A stretch of 64,000 nucleotides of DNA. Source: a virus (Duplodnaviria; Heunggongvirae; Uroviricota; Caudoviricetes). The stretch lies in the IMG/VR virus record IMGVR_UViG_3300042563_002362; one strand, given 5' to 3'. The stretch's first letter is position 1. Each line of letters opens with the position of its first letter. Position numbers and translations under genes: made by a program. The notes under the pieces were generated by a model. That model worked only from the letters and a program-made list of their open reading frames with translations. It was not told where the DNA came from and made no database searches. This document shows, one piece after another, positions 35,490 through 44,128 of this stretch.

Positions 35490-35828
35490 ATGAAAAAGAT
35501 TGTTACTAAAGATTCTCTACTGCAACTGCTTGACGGCTCTCCAGAGCGGAAAGCGCAAATCGTAGGTCGGGCGCTTGTTGTTCTTTTCAACCGCCAAGTC
35601 GAAGACGAAAAGACCAGCAACGATACTCGCCACCTCAATATGCGCGGGTTCGCTCCATGCGATGCTTACAGCGGAACTCTTACTGCTAAGTACTACCTTA
35701 AGCACCGCAGACTACTCGATTGGCAACTTGAGCGATGGCTTGCTCCAACGACCAAAGGATACCCGCGTATTGCAAAATACACTCGTCAGCTCAACGAAGC
35801 CGCAAACGAAAAACTTCAAACGGTATGA
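35490..35828 (+). CDS. hypothetical protein
   Basis: 112-aa ORF. Confidence 0.45.
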   Translation: MKKIVTKDSLLQLLDGSPERKAQIVGRALVVLFNRQVEDEKTSNDTRHLNMRGFAPCDAYSGTLTAKYYLKHRRLLDWQLERWLAPTTKGYPRIAKYTRQLNEAANEKLQTV

Positions 35829-36019
35829 ATACACCAACAAACCACCATTCGTTGCGTCTATTGGATTTGGCGATTCGTTGGAACACTCAAGCTGAAATCT
35901 ACGATGAGGAAGGCAATGCTGACTGCGGGACGGGATCGGACGTCCCTTACGCGATGGCTTCAATGCTACGCGAACACGCCGCCGAGATTGAAAAGCTGGC
36001 ATACATGTCTAAAGAATAA
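35825..36019 (+). CDS. hypothetical protein (64 aa)
   Basis: Internal Met of track ORF 35735..36019, with an ATGA overlap to the upstream gene. Confidence 0.35.
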   Translation: MNTPTNHHSLRLLDLAIRWNTQAEIYDEEGNADCGTGSDVPYAMASMLREHAAEIEKLAYMSKE

Positions 36020-36024
36020 GTAAA

Positions 36025-36651
36025 ATGAAACCACTTCGCTACAAATATCCTCGCACATTCCATCTTCCATGGAGCGAAGGCTGCACATCAGACGATAAGA
36101 AGCTGGCAGGCAGCGATCACTTCATTGGTCAGCAGGTTGTGATCACCGAAAAGATGGACGGTGAGAATACGACAATCTATCATGACCATGTTCACGCTCG
36201 TTCGATTGACAGTTCGCATCATTGGTCGCGCTCACGCGTCAAAGAACTGCAGTCTCGCTTGTATGATCTGCCTGAAGATCTGCGAATCTGCGGTGAAAAC
36301 CTTTATGCCAAGCATAGCATCAAGTACGATAACCTTGTGGATTACTTCCAGGTCTTCAGTATTTGGAGCCACGAACAATGCCTCTCTTGGAAGGATACTG
36401 TTGAGTGGGCTGAGATTCTTGGGCTGAAGACTGTTCCTGTTCTCTATAGCGGAGTCTATAGCTATCCGATCATCAAGGAGATTCAAAATAAAATGGACTT
36501 CTCACGCAGTGAAGGTTATGTAATTCGCCTAGCCGATTCATTCCGCATGAAGGACTTCTCGAAGAGCGTCGCTAAGTATGTCCGTACTAATCATGTCCAA
36601 ACCGACGAGCATTGGATGACTGCTGAACCTGAAACAAATACCTTAGTATGA
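36025..36651 (+). CDS. small KxDG nucleotidyltransferase, RNA-ligase-like (Rnl2-type NTase domain only)
   Basis: YPRTFHLPWS is followed by ITEKMDGENTTIY (motif I KxDG near residue 43). 208 aa. Confidence 0.4.
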   Translation: MKPLRYKYPRTFHLPWSEGCTSDDKKLAGSDHFIGQQVVITEKMDGENTTIYHDHVHARSIDSSHHWSRSRVKELQSRLYDLPEDLRICGENLYAKHSIKYDNLVDYFQVFSIWSHEQCLSWKDTVEWAEILGLKTVPVLYSGVYSYPIIKEIQNKMDFSRSEGYVIRLADSFRMKDFSKSVAKYVRTNHVQTDEHWMTAEPETNTLV

Positions 36652-36706
36652 AACGAGCAAACGAACTTTCCGATGAAGAACTGCAAACACAACTACTAAA
36701 CACACT

Positions 36707-36943
36707 ATGATCTCTGCATCTGAATTAAACGACATTGCGACTGAGGCGAAGAATCGCCTCGATGAAGAAAGCGCAAAAGTTGAACTCGAAAAGCTTGACG
36801 TGCTTTTAAGAGTAAAGGCCGCGCAAGGATGGTTTGCCACAAGCGTTGATCATCTAAGCGAAATTGCTGTCCGAAGACTTCGTCAACTCGAATATGCGGT
36901 GGATTCACGTGATGACGACTATCTCATTTCTTGGATGAAATGA
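36707..36943 (+). CDS. hypothetical protein
   Basis: 78-aa ORF. Confidence 0.35.
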   Translation: MISASELNDIATEAKNRLDEESAKVELEKLDVLLRVKAAQGWFATSVDHLSEIAVRRLRQLEYAVDSRDDDYLISWMK

Positions 36944-37004
36944 TGCGGAAATCGTAATTTTCGGAATTTTGACGAAAATTTATGCATTTTTGTGAAAAAA
37001 GTTA

Positions 37005-37055
37005 TTTACATTCCGGGCGTTTCCGTTTATAATAATTCTGTAACGATACTACCAC
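37005..37055 (+). promoter_or_regulatory. sigma70-type promoter cassette
   Basis: The -35 is at 37005-37010 and the -10 TATAAT at 37028-37033. The leader AATTCTGTAACGATACTACCAC follows. ATG at 37056. Confidence 0.55.
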
Positions 37056-37487
37056 ATGACTACCGAATCTGCCGCTCTACTCGCCCACATCCAAGCCGAA
37101 AACCGCAAAACCCTTGAGTGGGTCTCCGCCGATCCACATCGTTTCGCTACGACGCACGTTGAGGATCTTGAGCACTGGAACACGTGCGAAGTGTTCACGG
37201 TTGAGGACTTCATCAAATACAACCTTGCATGCGAAATCTATGACGGCAATAAGGAGATATACGGATACCGGTTGGACTTCCTCGATCTGATGCAGTCGAC
37301 CGTTGAGGAGCTGACCGCTGAGGTCAATAGCCTTCGCATTGAGTGCCGACGACAAGCTGAGCAAGAAGAAGCCGATCGCGTCTATGAAAAGGCCGAAGAA
37401 GAATACTCCAACTGGATGAATTCGGCACATGAGGATCGCGCGATCCGGGATCGCTACGAAGACCTCGCCGAAGCAGCTGAATACTAA
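37056..37487 (+). CDS. acidic hypothetical protein
   Basis: 143-aa ORF at the leader end. Confidence 0.45.
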   Translation: MTTESAALLAHIQAENRKTLEWVSADPHRFATTHVEDLEHWNTCEVFTVEDFIKYNLACEIYDGNKEIYGYRLDFLDLMQSTVEELTAEVNSLRIECRRQAEQEEADRVYEKAEEEYSNWMNSAHEDRAIRDRYEDLAEAAEY

Positions 37488-37660
37488 TATGAAACGCGGG
37501 GATACTCTTAAAATCACCAAGACCTTTAATGACAAGCCCGTCACGCTATCTTACTTGGTACTTGCCGTAAAGGAAAACATTGTTACCGTAAGAACTCCTA
37601 AAAGATACATTGCGCGTCTTAACATCAACAATTTTACACTCATCTCAAAACCACATTAAT

Positions 37661-39010
37661 ATGAAAACATTTGAAAACGTACTATCCGCTCTGAACGAAA
37701 TTGCTAGCGTTCCTGGTAAGAAGGACAAAGAAGCGCTCGTCAAGAAGCACCTTGAAAACACACCTGACTTTGAAAAGGTCGTTGTGCTGATGCTGAATCC
37801 GTTCAAGCGATTCTACATCAAGAACTTCGAGCCAGCGACCGATGCTCCATCAACCTGGAATTCTGATGACGCTTACTTTATCTTTGATGAATTGGCGAAA
37901 CGGAATGTATCTGGAAACGAAGCGCGTTATGCTTGCGGTCGCTTGGTTGCTGCTGGATTTCCCGCTGACCTCATGATCCGTATTCTTAACAAGGATCCTA
38001 AGGCAGGCTTCGGTGAATCCACTGTCAATAAGGCAAAGAAAGGCATCATTCCTGACTTCCCTTATATGCGCTGTGCACTACCAAAGGATGCTAAGTTCTC
38101 TACTTGGGATTGGAAGAAGGGTGTGATTTCGCAGGAAAAGGCTGACGGAATGTACTGCACAATCAACAAGTCCACTGGAGATATCGCAATGATGTCCCGC
38201 AGTGGTAAGCCGTTTGACACCGACTCCTTCCCAGGTATTGTTGAAGCCGCAAAGAAAATGCTCAACGATAACACGCAGACTCAAGGCGAGCTGCTTGTAA
38301 TCAATGCTGCTGGCGAAGTTCAGCCGCGGGAAATTGGTAATGGTATGCTCAACAAGATTGCGCAAGGTGGAGTATGGCCTGACGGCTTTTCTCCGATTTA
38401 CCATGCATGGGATCAGATTCCGCTGTCCGAAGTAAAGACCAAGGTTAAGTACAACGTTGGCTATCTTGCGCGTCTCACTGCGCTTGAGGCTCAACTTGGC
38501 GAACATAGTCAGGCAATCGCAGTCATCGACACTCGGGTTGTCCACAACATGGACGAAGCAAAAGCACACTATCGTGAAATGCTTGAAGCTGGCAAGGAAG
38601 GTACTATTCTGTCTGAGCCAAACGCTCCATGGGTTGACAGTACTTCCAAGTTTAAGATCAAGTTTAAGCTGACCGCTACATGTGAATTGGTTATCACTGG
38701 CTGGCGTCCTGGTAAGAACAAGAACAAGGACTTGTTTGGCTCGCTAATTTGTGAATCATCTGACGGTCTGCTTGAGGTCGCTGTCTCTGGTTTTACCGAC
38801 AGTCATCGTAAGGAAATCTTCGAAAGCATCGACAGTTACATCGGTACGATTATGTCGGTTGACTCTAATATGATCATGGAACCTTCGCGCGGAGGTAAGA
38901 AGTGGAGCCTGTTCCTTCCACGATTTGCTGAATTCCGTAAGGACAAGACTGAAGCCGATTCGCTTGACAAGATCAAGGAACAATTTGAAGCTGCTATCCA
39001 ACTCGCATGA
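37661..39010 (+). CDS. ATP-dependent DNA ligase (T4 gp30-like)
   Basis: The track ORF is 37610..39010, and the Met at 37661 gives 449 aa. Motif I is KADGMYC near residue 160, matching the T4 ligase K159 position. Further NTase/OB motifs lie downstream. Confidence 0.65.
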   Translation: MKTFENVLSALNEIASVPGKKDKEALVKKHLENTPDFEKVVVLMLNPFKRFYIKNFEPATDAPSTWNSDDAYFIFDELAKRNVSGNEARYACGRLVAAGFPADLMIRILNKDPKAGFGESTVNKAKKGIIPDFPYMRCALPKDAKFSTWDWKKGVISQEKADGMYCTINKSTGDIAMMSRSGKPFDTDSFPGIVEAAKKMLNDNTQTQGELLVINAAGEVQPREIGNGMLNKIAQGGVWPDGFSPIYHAWDQIPLSEVKTKVKYNVGYLARLTALEAQLGEHSQAIAVIDTRVVHNMDEAKAHYREMLEAGKEGTILSEPNAPWVDSTSKFKIKFKLTATCELVITGWRPGKNKNKDLFGSLICESSDGLLEVAVSGFTDSHRKEIFESIDSYIGTIMSVDSNMIMEPSRGGKKWSLFLPRFAEFRKDKTEADSLDKIKEQFEAAIQLA

Positions 39011-39390
39011 CAAACGAAGAATACAGTCAGTGGTATACTGACCATGAAAAGAGTAGTTATCGCCGCAGCCGAATCCTAAAAGGAACACGGGATGACATTC
39101 ACATCATTGCTATTCCAACTGGACGCAAACTGGACCGATACATCGAAGGATTTGTAGTCCGTAGCGGAAATGAAAATGTATTCCCAGTTGGATACGTTTC
39201 ACCCGCATGGATTGCCGAATCATTTGAATTTGATGATTCCTTCAAAATAACACTATCACCTAAATCGCATAGCATTTCCATGCCTGGTTGGATGTGGCTG
39301 ATTAGTGTCCCGATTGGTTTAGTCATTCTTGGAGCAATCATGTATGTGTTGGTCTTTGTCGGATTTGCACGTGCTTTCCGTCCATGGTGA
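39007..39390 (+). CDS. C-terminally membrane-anchored hypothetical protein
   Basis: 127 aa with a hydrophobic C-terminus. Confidence 0.4.
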   Translation: MTNEEYSQWYTDHEKSSYRRSRILKGTRDDIHIIAIPTGRKLDRYIEGFVVRSGNENVFPVGYVSPAWIAESFEFDDSFKITLSPKSHSISMPGWMWLISVPIGLVILGAIMYVLVFVGFARAFRPW

Positions 39391-39400
39391 TATGTCTAAA

Positions 39401-39730
39401 ATTTCTACAACTAACGGAGAATTACCTTGTCTTCAAGCAAGAGTAATATCGGCGGAAAACAATAATGTTCTCATTCAAGTAAGATGTCCTGCGGGGTTAT
39501 CAACGCTGACTGGAGATGACGCACTAGAATTGGCCAACAACATCAAGCATCAGTTAACGCAAGTTGGATTTGAGTCTGCATCTGTCAGGGCATTCAAAGA
39601 AGAATTTGACCGCATTTTAGCGTCAAAGACAGATAGTCGTACATATCTTCTCTGTAGTGCTCTAGAATCATCTCTTTATTCCGATCTGGGTAAATTACTG
39701 CCAGGAATGCCACGAGGCGTTCTAGAATGA
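39401..39730 (+). CDS. hypothetical protein
   Basis: Internal Met of track ORF 39329..39730. Confidence 0.35.
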   Translation: MSTTNGELPCLQARVISAENNNVLIQVRCPAGLSTLTGDDALELANNIKHQLTQVGFESASVRAFKEEFDRILASKTDSRTYLLCSALESSLYSDLGKLLPGMPRGVLE

Positions 39731-39771
39731 CGAAAAATACGAAATTTTGTGAAAATTTACGAAAAAAGATA

Positions 39772-39825
39772 TTTACATCCGAGCATTTTCCGTTTATAAT
39801 AATTCCGTAAGGCAACCACTACAAA
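39772..39825 (+). promoter_or_regulatory. sigma70-type promoter cassette
   Basis: The -35 is at 39772-39777 and the -10 at 39795-39800. The leader AATTCCGTAAGGCAACCACTACAAA follows. ATG at 39826. Confidence 0.55.
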
Positions 39826-40068
39826 ATGAATACCAATTACGATACTGCTGAACAAGCTGAAGATGCCGCTAAGGCGTATGCCGAAGCAAATGGCGGTGTT
39901 GATACTTTTGACGGCATGAACTGCAACGATTACCTCGAGGAAGGTCAAGTTGAGTGCAGCGGCTGGGACGGCTTCGACCGTCGTTGTGACTGCGGCAATC
40001 GTCGAGTCTATTGGGAGATCGAAAAAACCTCTGACGGAAAGTTTTACGCAGTCGCTCGCGCTTACTAA
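39826..40068 (+). CDS. small Cys-containing protein
   Basis: 80-aa ORF at the leader end. Confidence 0.4.
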   Translation: MNTNYDTAEQAEDAAKAYAEANGGVDTFDGMNCNDYLEEGQVECSGWDGFDRRCDCGNRRVYWEIEKTSDGKFYAVARAY

Positions 40069-40393
40069 TTCTAATCACTACATAACATGACAGACGCTCA
40101 AAAGAAACTCGAAAAATTCAAAAAGGATTTCTCTGCATTACTAAATAAGCACCCTGAGATTACTGTTTCTGGAGATATAAATGGAGATCCAGTTGCGTAT
40201 ATTTTTGATGGAATTAAAACGAAAACGATCAATCTTAAATAGATGCAAGACGAATCAAAAGTCGATGATTACCTCGATGAACTTCGAGTGCTGATCCTCA
40301 AGTCAAAAACCAACTTAACCTTCGCCGACCGAAAAAGATTCCGCATCGTCTGTAAGGAACTTAAAGCTCTCGGATACACACTTACTCTATAAT

Positions 40394-40852
40394 ATGAACT
40401 TCACCGTTTCTGCTTTCACCCCGCCAAAAGGCACCACAGTTACTCGCCCTATGACCTACGCTGAGCGTAAGCTTGAAGGTCGTAAAGGTTACGCTCGTCA
40501 CATCCTCAGTAAATTGCTAGAGTTGCGTCATTGGGCTGACGTGAATGACTTCAAATGCAAAGGTAACGGAACCAAAATTGTCCTTTCTTTCAAAGGCAAT
40601 CGTGCAACTATCAATTTTCAATATTCCAACGGCGCAACTAAGTTTAACCCAATCGTTTGCCCTTTGTATGACAAAGGAGACGGTACATACACACTTGATC
40701 AATGGCTGACCGCTCAGGATCCATGCCTTGGTGCGCGTCTTCTCAAGAACGGACGTAAGCAGATTCTTGATCGTAAAAGTCGCGAAGGCGAAAAGAAAAA
40801 ACAGACTTACACTGAGCCCCACTCTCCAATGGAAATTGATGAATTCATCTGA
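40394..40852 (+). CDS. hypothetical protein
   Basis: 152-aa ORF. Confidence 0.4.
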   Translation: MNFTVSAFTPPKGTTVTRPMTYAERKLEGRKGYARHILSKLLELRHWADVNDFKCKGNGTKIVLSFKGNRATINFQYSNGATKFNPIVCPLYDKGDGTYTLDQWLTAQDPCLGARLLKNGRKQILDRKSREGEKKKQTYTEPHSPMEIDEFI

Positions 40853-41041
40853 ACCACGTTATGAAATCCATGGCCAAAGCATCTTCTTCAAGAAAGTGCC
40901 GCTGGTCCTGCACATTTCATTTTCTCGCAAGTATTATGGACTGTCGATATCTGCCGCTCGTCGCAAGATGAAAGGATGGCATACTCGCGGCCAACAAGAC
41001 GAAATCATTCACTACCTTAAAACACAAAAATACATAACACA

Positions 41042-41554
41042 ATGAAAGTAAAATACAAAGGAAGCGCGCAATCTATCAACAACAACGACACTTATACGGT
41101 GCTTGATCGTTGTGGATACACCGATCGTTACAAGATTCGCAATGATTCTGGTTGCGTTGAATGGTATGCGGCTAGGAAATTCGTTGAAGTCAATGAAAAG
41201 GTTGATACCTCGACGGCTATTAACAGCGATCTTGTGAATAAGATTCAGCGTGAACTTAAGGAGACCGAAGAACGTCTGGGCGTTCTCCGAAATGAACTTG
41301 AGAACGCAAAGAACCCGCCAAGCAAAAACATTTTGGAACGTGCTACTCGTAAGCTTGGTCGCAGTTGGATAAACGAAGTTGGAGGTGCTTTAGATAACCT
41401 CGCAGATGATTTGGTGATTATCACCGGTGAATGGGTTCGCGGCCTTTCCATTGGCGTATCTATTGAAGGTGATGGGATCATGCTTGACCGTGATTATGAC
41501 TGGAACATCACGTATCGTAACGGACGTCCTATTCTTCTAATTCTTGACAAGTAA
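41042..41554 (+). CDS. hypothetical protein
   Basis: 170-aa ORF. Confidence 0.4.
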   Translation: MKVKYKGSAQSINNNDTYTVLDRCGYTDRYKIRNDSGCVEWYAARKFVEVNEKVDTSTAINSDLVNKIQRELKETEERLGVLRNELENAKNPPSKNILERATRKLGRSWINEVGGALDNLADDLVIITGEWVRGLSIGVSIEGDGIMLDRDYDWNITYRNGRPILLILDK

Positions 41555-41556
41555 TT

Positions 41557-41778
41557 ATGACAGGACAACTTCCAAGACCAGGTAGTGTTTGGCGCCAGAC
41601 CGCTCTTAATCGGCAAATGCGTGTAGTCTTCTCAAGCATGAAGGAGATCATCGCGCATGATGCTGAAATGAGTGATCGTCTTGAACACATAGTTTCATGG
41701 GTAGGTACCGCCGATGAGTTTAACAAACTCTTTGAACCAGGTGACCCATCTAAATTCCCTCAGACCGCAAAGGCATGA
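41557..41778 (+). CDS. hypothetical protein
   Basis: 73-aa ORF. Confidence 0.35.
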   Translation: MTGQLPRPGSVWRQTALNRQMRVVFSSMKEIIAHDAEMSDRLEHIVSWVGTADEFNKLFEPGDPSKFPQTAKA

Positions 41779-42173
41779 TTGTTGAAATTCAAACAACGAA
41801 GGAAATCCAATTGACGCATGTTTGGATTCAGGTGCCAGTGCGATATGAAGACCAAGACATTCCATACGATTTCCCTTTCAGAACAAAGAACGTATGGACG
41901 CCGGCAATTGAACTTGACACTGGACGTGTTGTCGATTGGCCAAAGGGCGTATCGGCAAATGTGTATCTAAAGGTATGCGATTCAGGTCGATATAATCTTA
42001 TGGATAATGGGATGATCGTTGAGACAATTCATGATTATGTCCCAGCCTTTATTCCAAATGAATATGGCGATTACATCAATTTTGACATCAATGAGGATGG
42101 TGTCATTCTTAATTGGTATAATCCCGAAAGTATCAAAGATATGATCGAAGAATATCTAAACGAAAACTCATGA
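41775..42173 (+). CDS. hypothetical protein
   Basis: 132-aa ORF, overlap-coupled. Confidence 0.4.
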   Translation: MIVEIQTTKEIQLTHVWIQVPVRYEDQDIPYDFPFRTKNVWTPAIELDTGRVVDWPKGVSANVYLKVCDSGRYNLMDNGMIVETIHDYVPAFIPNEYGDYINFDINEDGVILNWYNPESIKDMIEEYLNENS

Positions 42174-42745
42174 AAAATCTGTATCTTATCCGACATGGCC
42201 AAAGCGTCGCGAATGTCGATCCTTCGCATTACTTCACTCAGCATGATCATCTGATTAGTCTTACTGACCTTGGGCGCGAACAGGCAAAGGAGGCGGGCAA
42301 GCGAGTATCTTACTTGGTGCAGAACCGTCCATTCACGATTGTTCATTCTCCATTTGTGCGTGCGTCTGAAACGGCGTCGATCATTGACAAGCAATGTATT
42401 CTTGACGGGAAGTATGCAGCGATCCATGAATCTCCTCTGTTGTATGAACGCAGCTGGGGTAACCTACGTGAAATTGTCGACAGCCCTGAATTGGATGCTA
42501 ACATGCATTTCAATTTCTTCTATCGACCTGTAAGCGGCGAAAGCTTTGCAGATACGTATGTTCGCGTTGTGACCTTCTTGCAAGAAGTTCGTATTGGGCG
42601 ATATCCGCATGATGACATTGTGATTGTTGCTCATGGTGAATGGATTCGTTTAGCAATGATGTATTTGCGTAGTCAATCAGTAGATTACTTTAATCGCTAT
42701 CATACAAATCCTGAAAATTGTAAGGTTATCCTAGAACAACTATGA
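42170..42745 (+). CDS. histidine phosphatase (phosphoglycerate-mutase superfamily)
   Basis: The N-terminus is LYLIRHGQSVAN (RHG catalytic motif), and a second His lies in VIVAHGEWIR. Confidence 0.55.
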   Translation: MKNLYLIRHGQSVANVDPSHYFTQHDHLISLTDLGREQAKEAGKRVSYLVQNRPFTIVHSPFVRASETASIIDKQCILDGKYAAIHESPLLYERSWGNLREIVDSPELDANMHFNFFYRPVSGESFADTYVRVVTFLQEVRIGRYPHDDIVIVAHGEWIRLAMMYLRSQSVDYFNRYHTNPENCKVILEQL

Positions 42746-42776
42746 TCATTTTGTCAAATTATTACAAATAATGTTG

Positions 42777-42813
42777 TTTACATTTTCCAGGAATCTGTTT
42801 ATAATACTGTTGT
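42777..42813 (+). promoter_or_regulatory. sigma70-type promoter (short leader)
   Basis: The -35 TTTACA is at 42777-42782 and the -10 TATAAT at 42800-42805. ATG at 42814. Confidence 0.5.
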
Positions 42814-43257
42814 ATGGATACCGATAAGATCATTAACTCTGACGTTTTGGAATTTTCCACTCGTGCGCATGCCGGACAAACCCGAAAGTTTACGGGCACG
42901 CCTTACATCACGCATCCAATTGCGGTTGCATCAATTGCAAAGGATATTGTTGATAGTGATTGGATTGACAATTCACTGCTTGAGAAGGTTGCATTGCTTC
43001 ACGATGTTCTTGAAGATACTGATGTTACATATGAAGAATTGCTTGAGGTATTTGGAGGAGAAGTCGCGGGCTGTGTTCGGATTTTGACTAAGATTCCAAG
43101 TGAAACTTATCTGCAAGCAATCTTGCGTGCGAAAAAGAATCCAATCACTCGCATTGTAAAGTATGCAGACAATGTGCATAACAGCTCAGATCTTAAGCCG
43201 GGTTGTCTAAAGGACAAGTACGAGATGTCAATGTACATTCTTTCAGACGGACACTAA
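42814..43257 (+). CDS. SpoT/RelA-type HD-domain hydrolase (small alarmone hydrolase-like)
   Basis: HPIAVASIAKDIV...ALLHDVLEDT matches the (p)ppGpp hydrolase HD signature. It is 147 aa and has no synthetase domain. Confidence 0.5.
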   Translation: MDTDKIINSDVLEFSTRAHAGQTRKFTGTPYITHPIAVASIAKDIVDSDWIDNSLLEKVALLHDVLEDTDVTYEELLEVFGGEVAGCVRILTKIPSETYLQAILRAKKNPITRIVKYADNVHNSSDLKPGCLKDKYEMSMYILSDGH

Positions 43258-43262
43258 TTTGA

Positions 43263-43297
43263 TTTACATACAACCATAATCCATTTATAATAACAAT
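43263..43297 (+). promoter_or_regulatory. sigma70-type promoter
   Basis: The -35 TTTACA is at 43263-43268 and the -10 TATAAT at 43286-43291. ATG at 43298. Confidence 0.45.
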
Positions 43298-43564
43298 ATG
43301 AAAAACAATATTGAACTTACGCGCGATTCACTCCTACAGTCTCTCGGACAAGATGTATGTGAAGTGATCTTTACTAAAAAGGATGGCGGTGAACGCCTTA
43401 TGCGTTGCACTCGCGATTTGAAACGAGCCATCAATGCTCCGATTCCGAAGAATGAAAACTTCGTTGATGACAATCCTGACGTGATTCGCGCATATGATCT
43501 TGAGGCTGAAGGATGGCGTTCATTCATCATCGCTAATGTTAAGAGCGCAACCGTATTTGCATAA
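43298..43564 (+). CDS. hypothetical protein
   Basis: 88-aa ORF. Confidence 0.4.
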   Translation: MKNNIELTRDSLLQSLGQDVCEVIFTKKDGGERLMRCTRDLKRAINAPIPKNENFVDDNPDVIRAYDLEAEGWRSFIIANVKSATVFA

Positions 43565-43875
43565 TGGATCAGTGGAGTCAAAATTTTGCGCTTGCTCGTC
43601 TCGTCGGATTAAATCCTGATGAATTCACGGGTAAGTGGATTGGAATTGGGTCTAACTTCCATGGGTATGATGATAAAAAACGTCTTGTCATCATACATGA
43701 CTTCTACAATAGCCTTGATGAATTGCGATGGGTTGATGACGCATACGGCAATTCAGAAATCGCTCCATCCGATGTTTTTTCTCCAATTGAGATGACAGTT
43801 ATGTTTCTTTCTTGTCGTCCTCATATGCGAACCGAGGCAATCCTAAAATCACTTGACCTTTGGGTAGAGAAGTAA
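43564..43875 (+). CDS. hypothetical protein
   Basis: 103-aa ORF. Confidence 0.4.
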   Translation: MDQWSQNFALARLVGLNPDEFTGKWIGIGSNFHGYDDKKRLVIIHDFYNSLDELRWVDDAYGNSEIAPSDVFSPIEMTVMFLSCRPHMRTEAILKSLDLWVEK

Positions 43876-43876
43876 T

Positions 43877-44128
43877 ATGATATCCGAAACAATTAACACT
43901 GAGATCAATAATCACTGTGGTACAATTCAATTGGATTATTACCATAGTCTTGACGCGATGCACATGGCTGAGAAGACATTGTCACCGCGCGTGTGGCTAA
44001 CATATATCGACAATCTAAATGCAGTTGTTGGTGATTATGAAAGACCTAAAGGTGTTCAACATTCCGAATCATATCAAAAGGCACATGCATTCTACAAAAC
44101 AATAACAGAATATGGCAAATCTCTTTAA
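43877..44128 (+). CDS. hypothetical protein
   Basis: 83-aa ORF. Confidence 0.35.
   Translation: MISETINTEINNHCGTIQLDYYHSLDAMHMAEKTLSPRVWLTYIDNLNAVVGDYERPKGVQHSESYQKAHAFYKTITEYGKSL

Noticed and set aside
2337-43297. Leader GTAAGG as Shine-Dalgarno
   Set aside because: AGG is 17-20 nt from the ATG in most copies, too far for canonical SD function. The 13371 gene shows the host-type SD (AGGAGG at -7), so the leader conservation needs another explanation.
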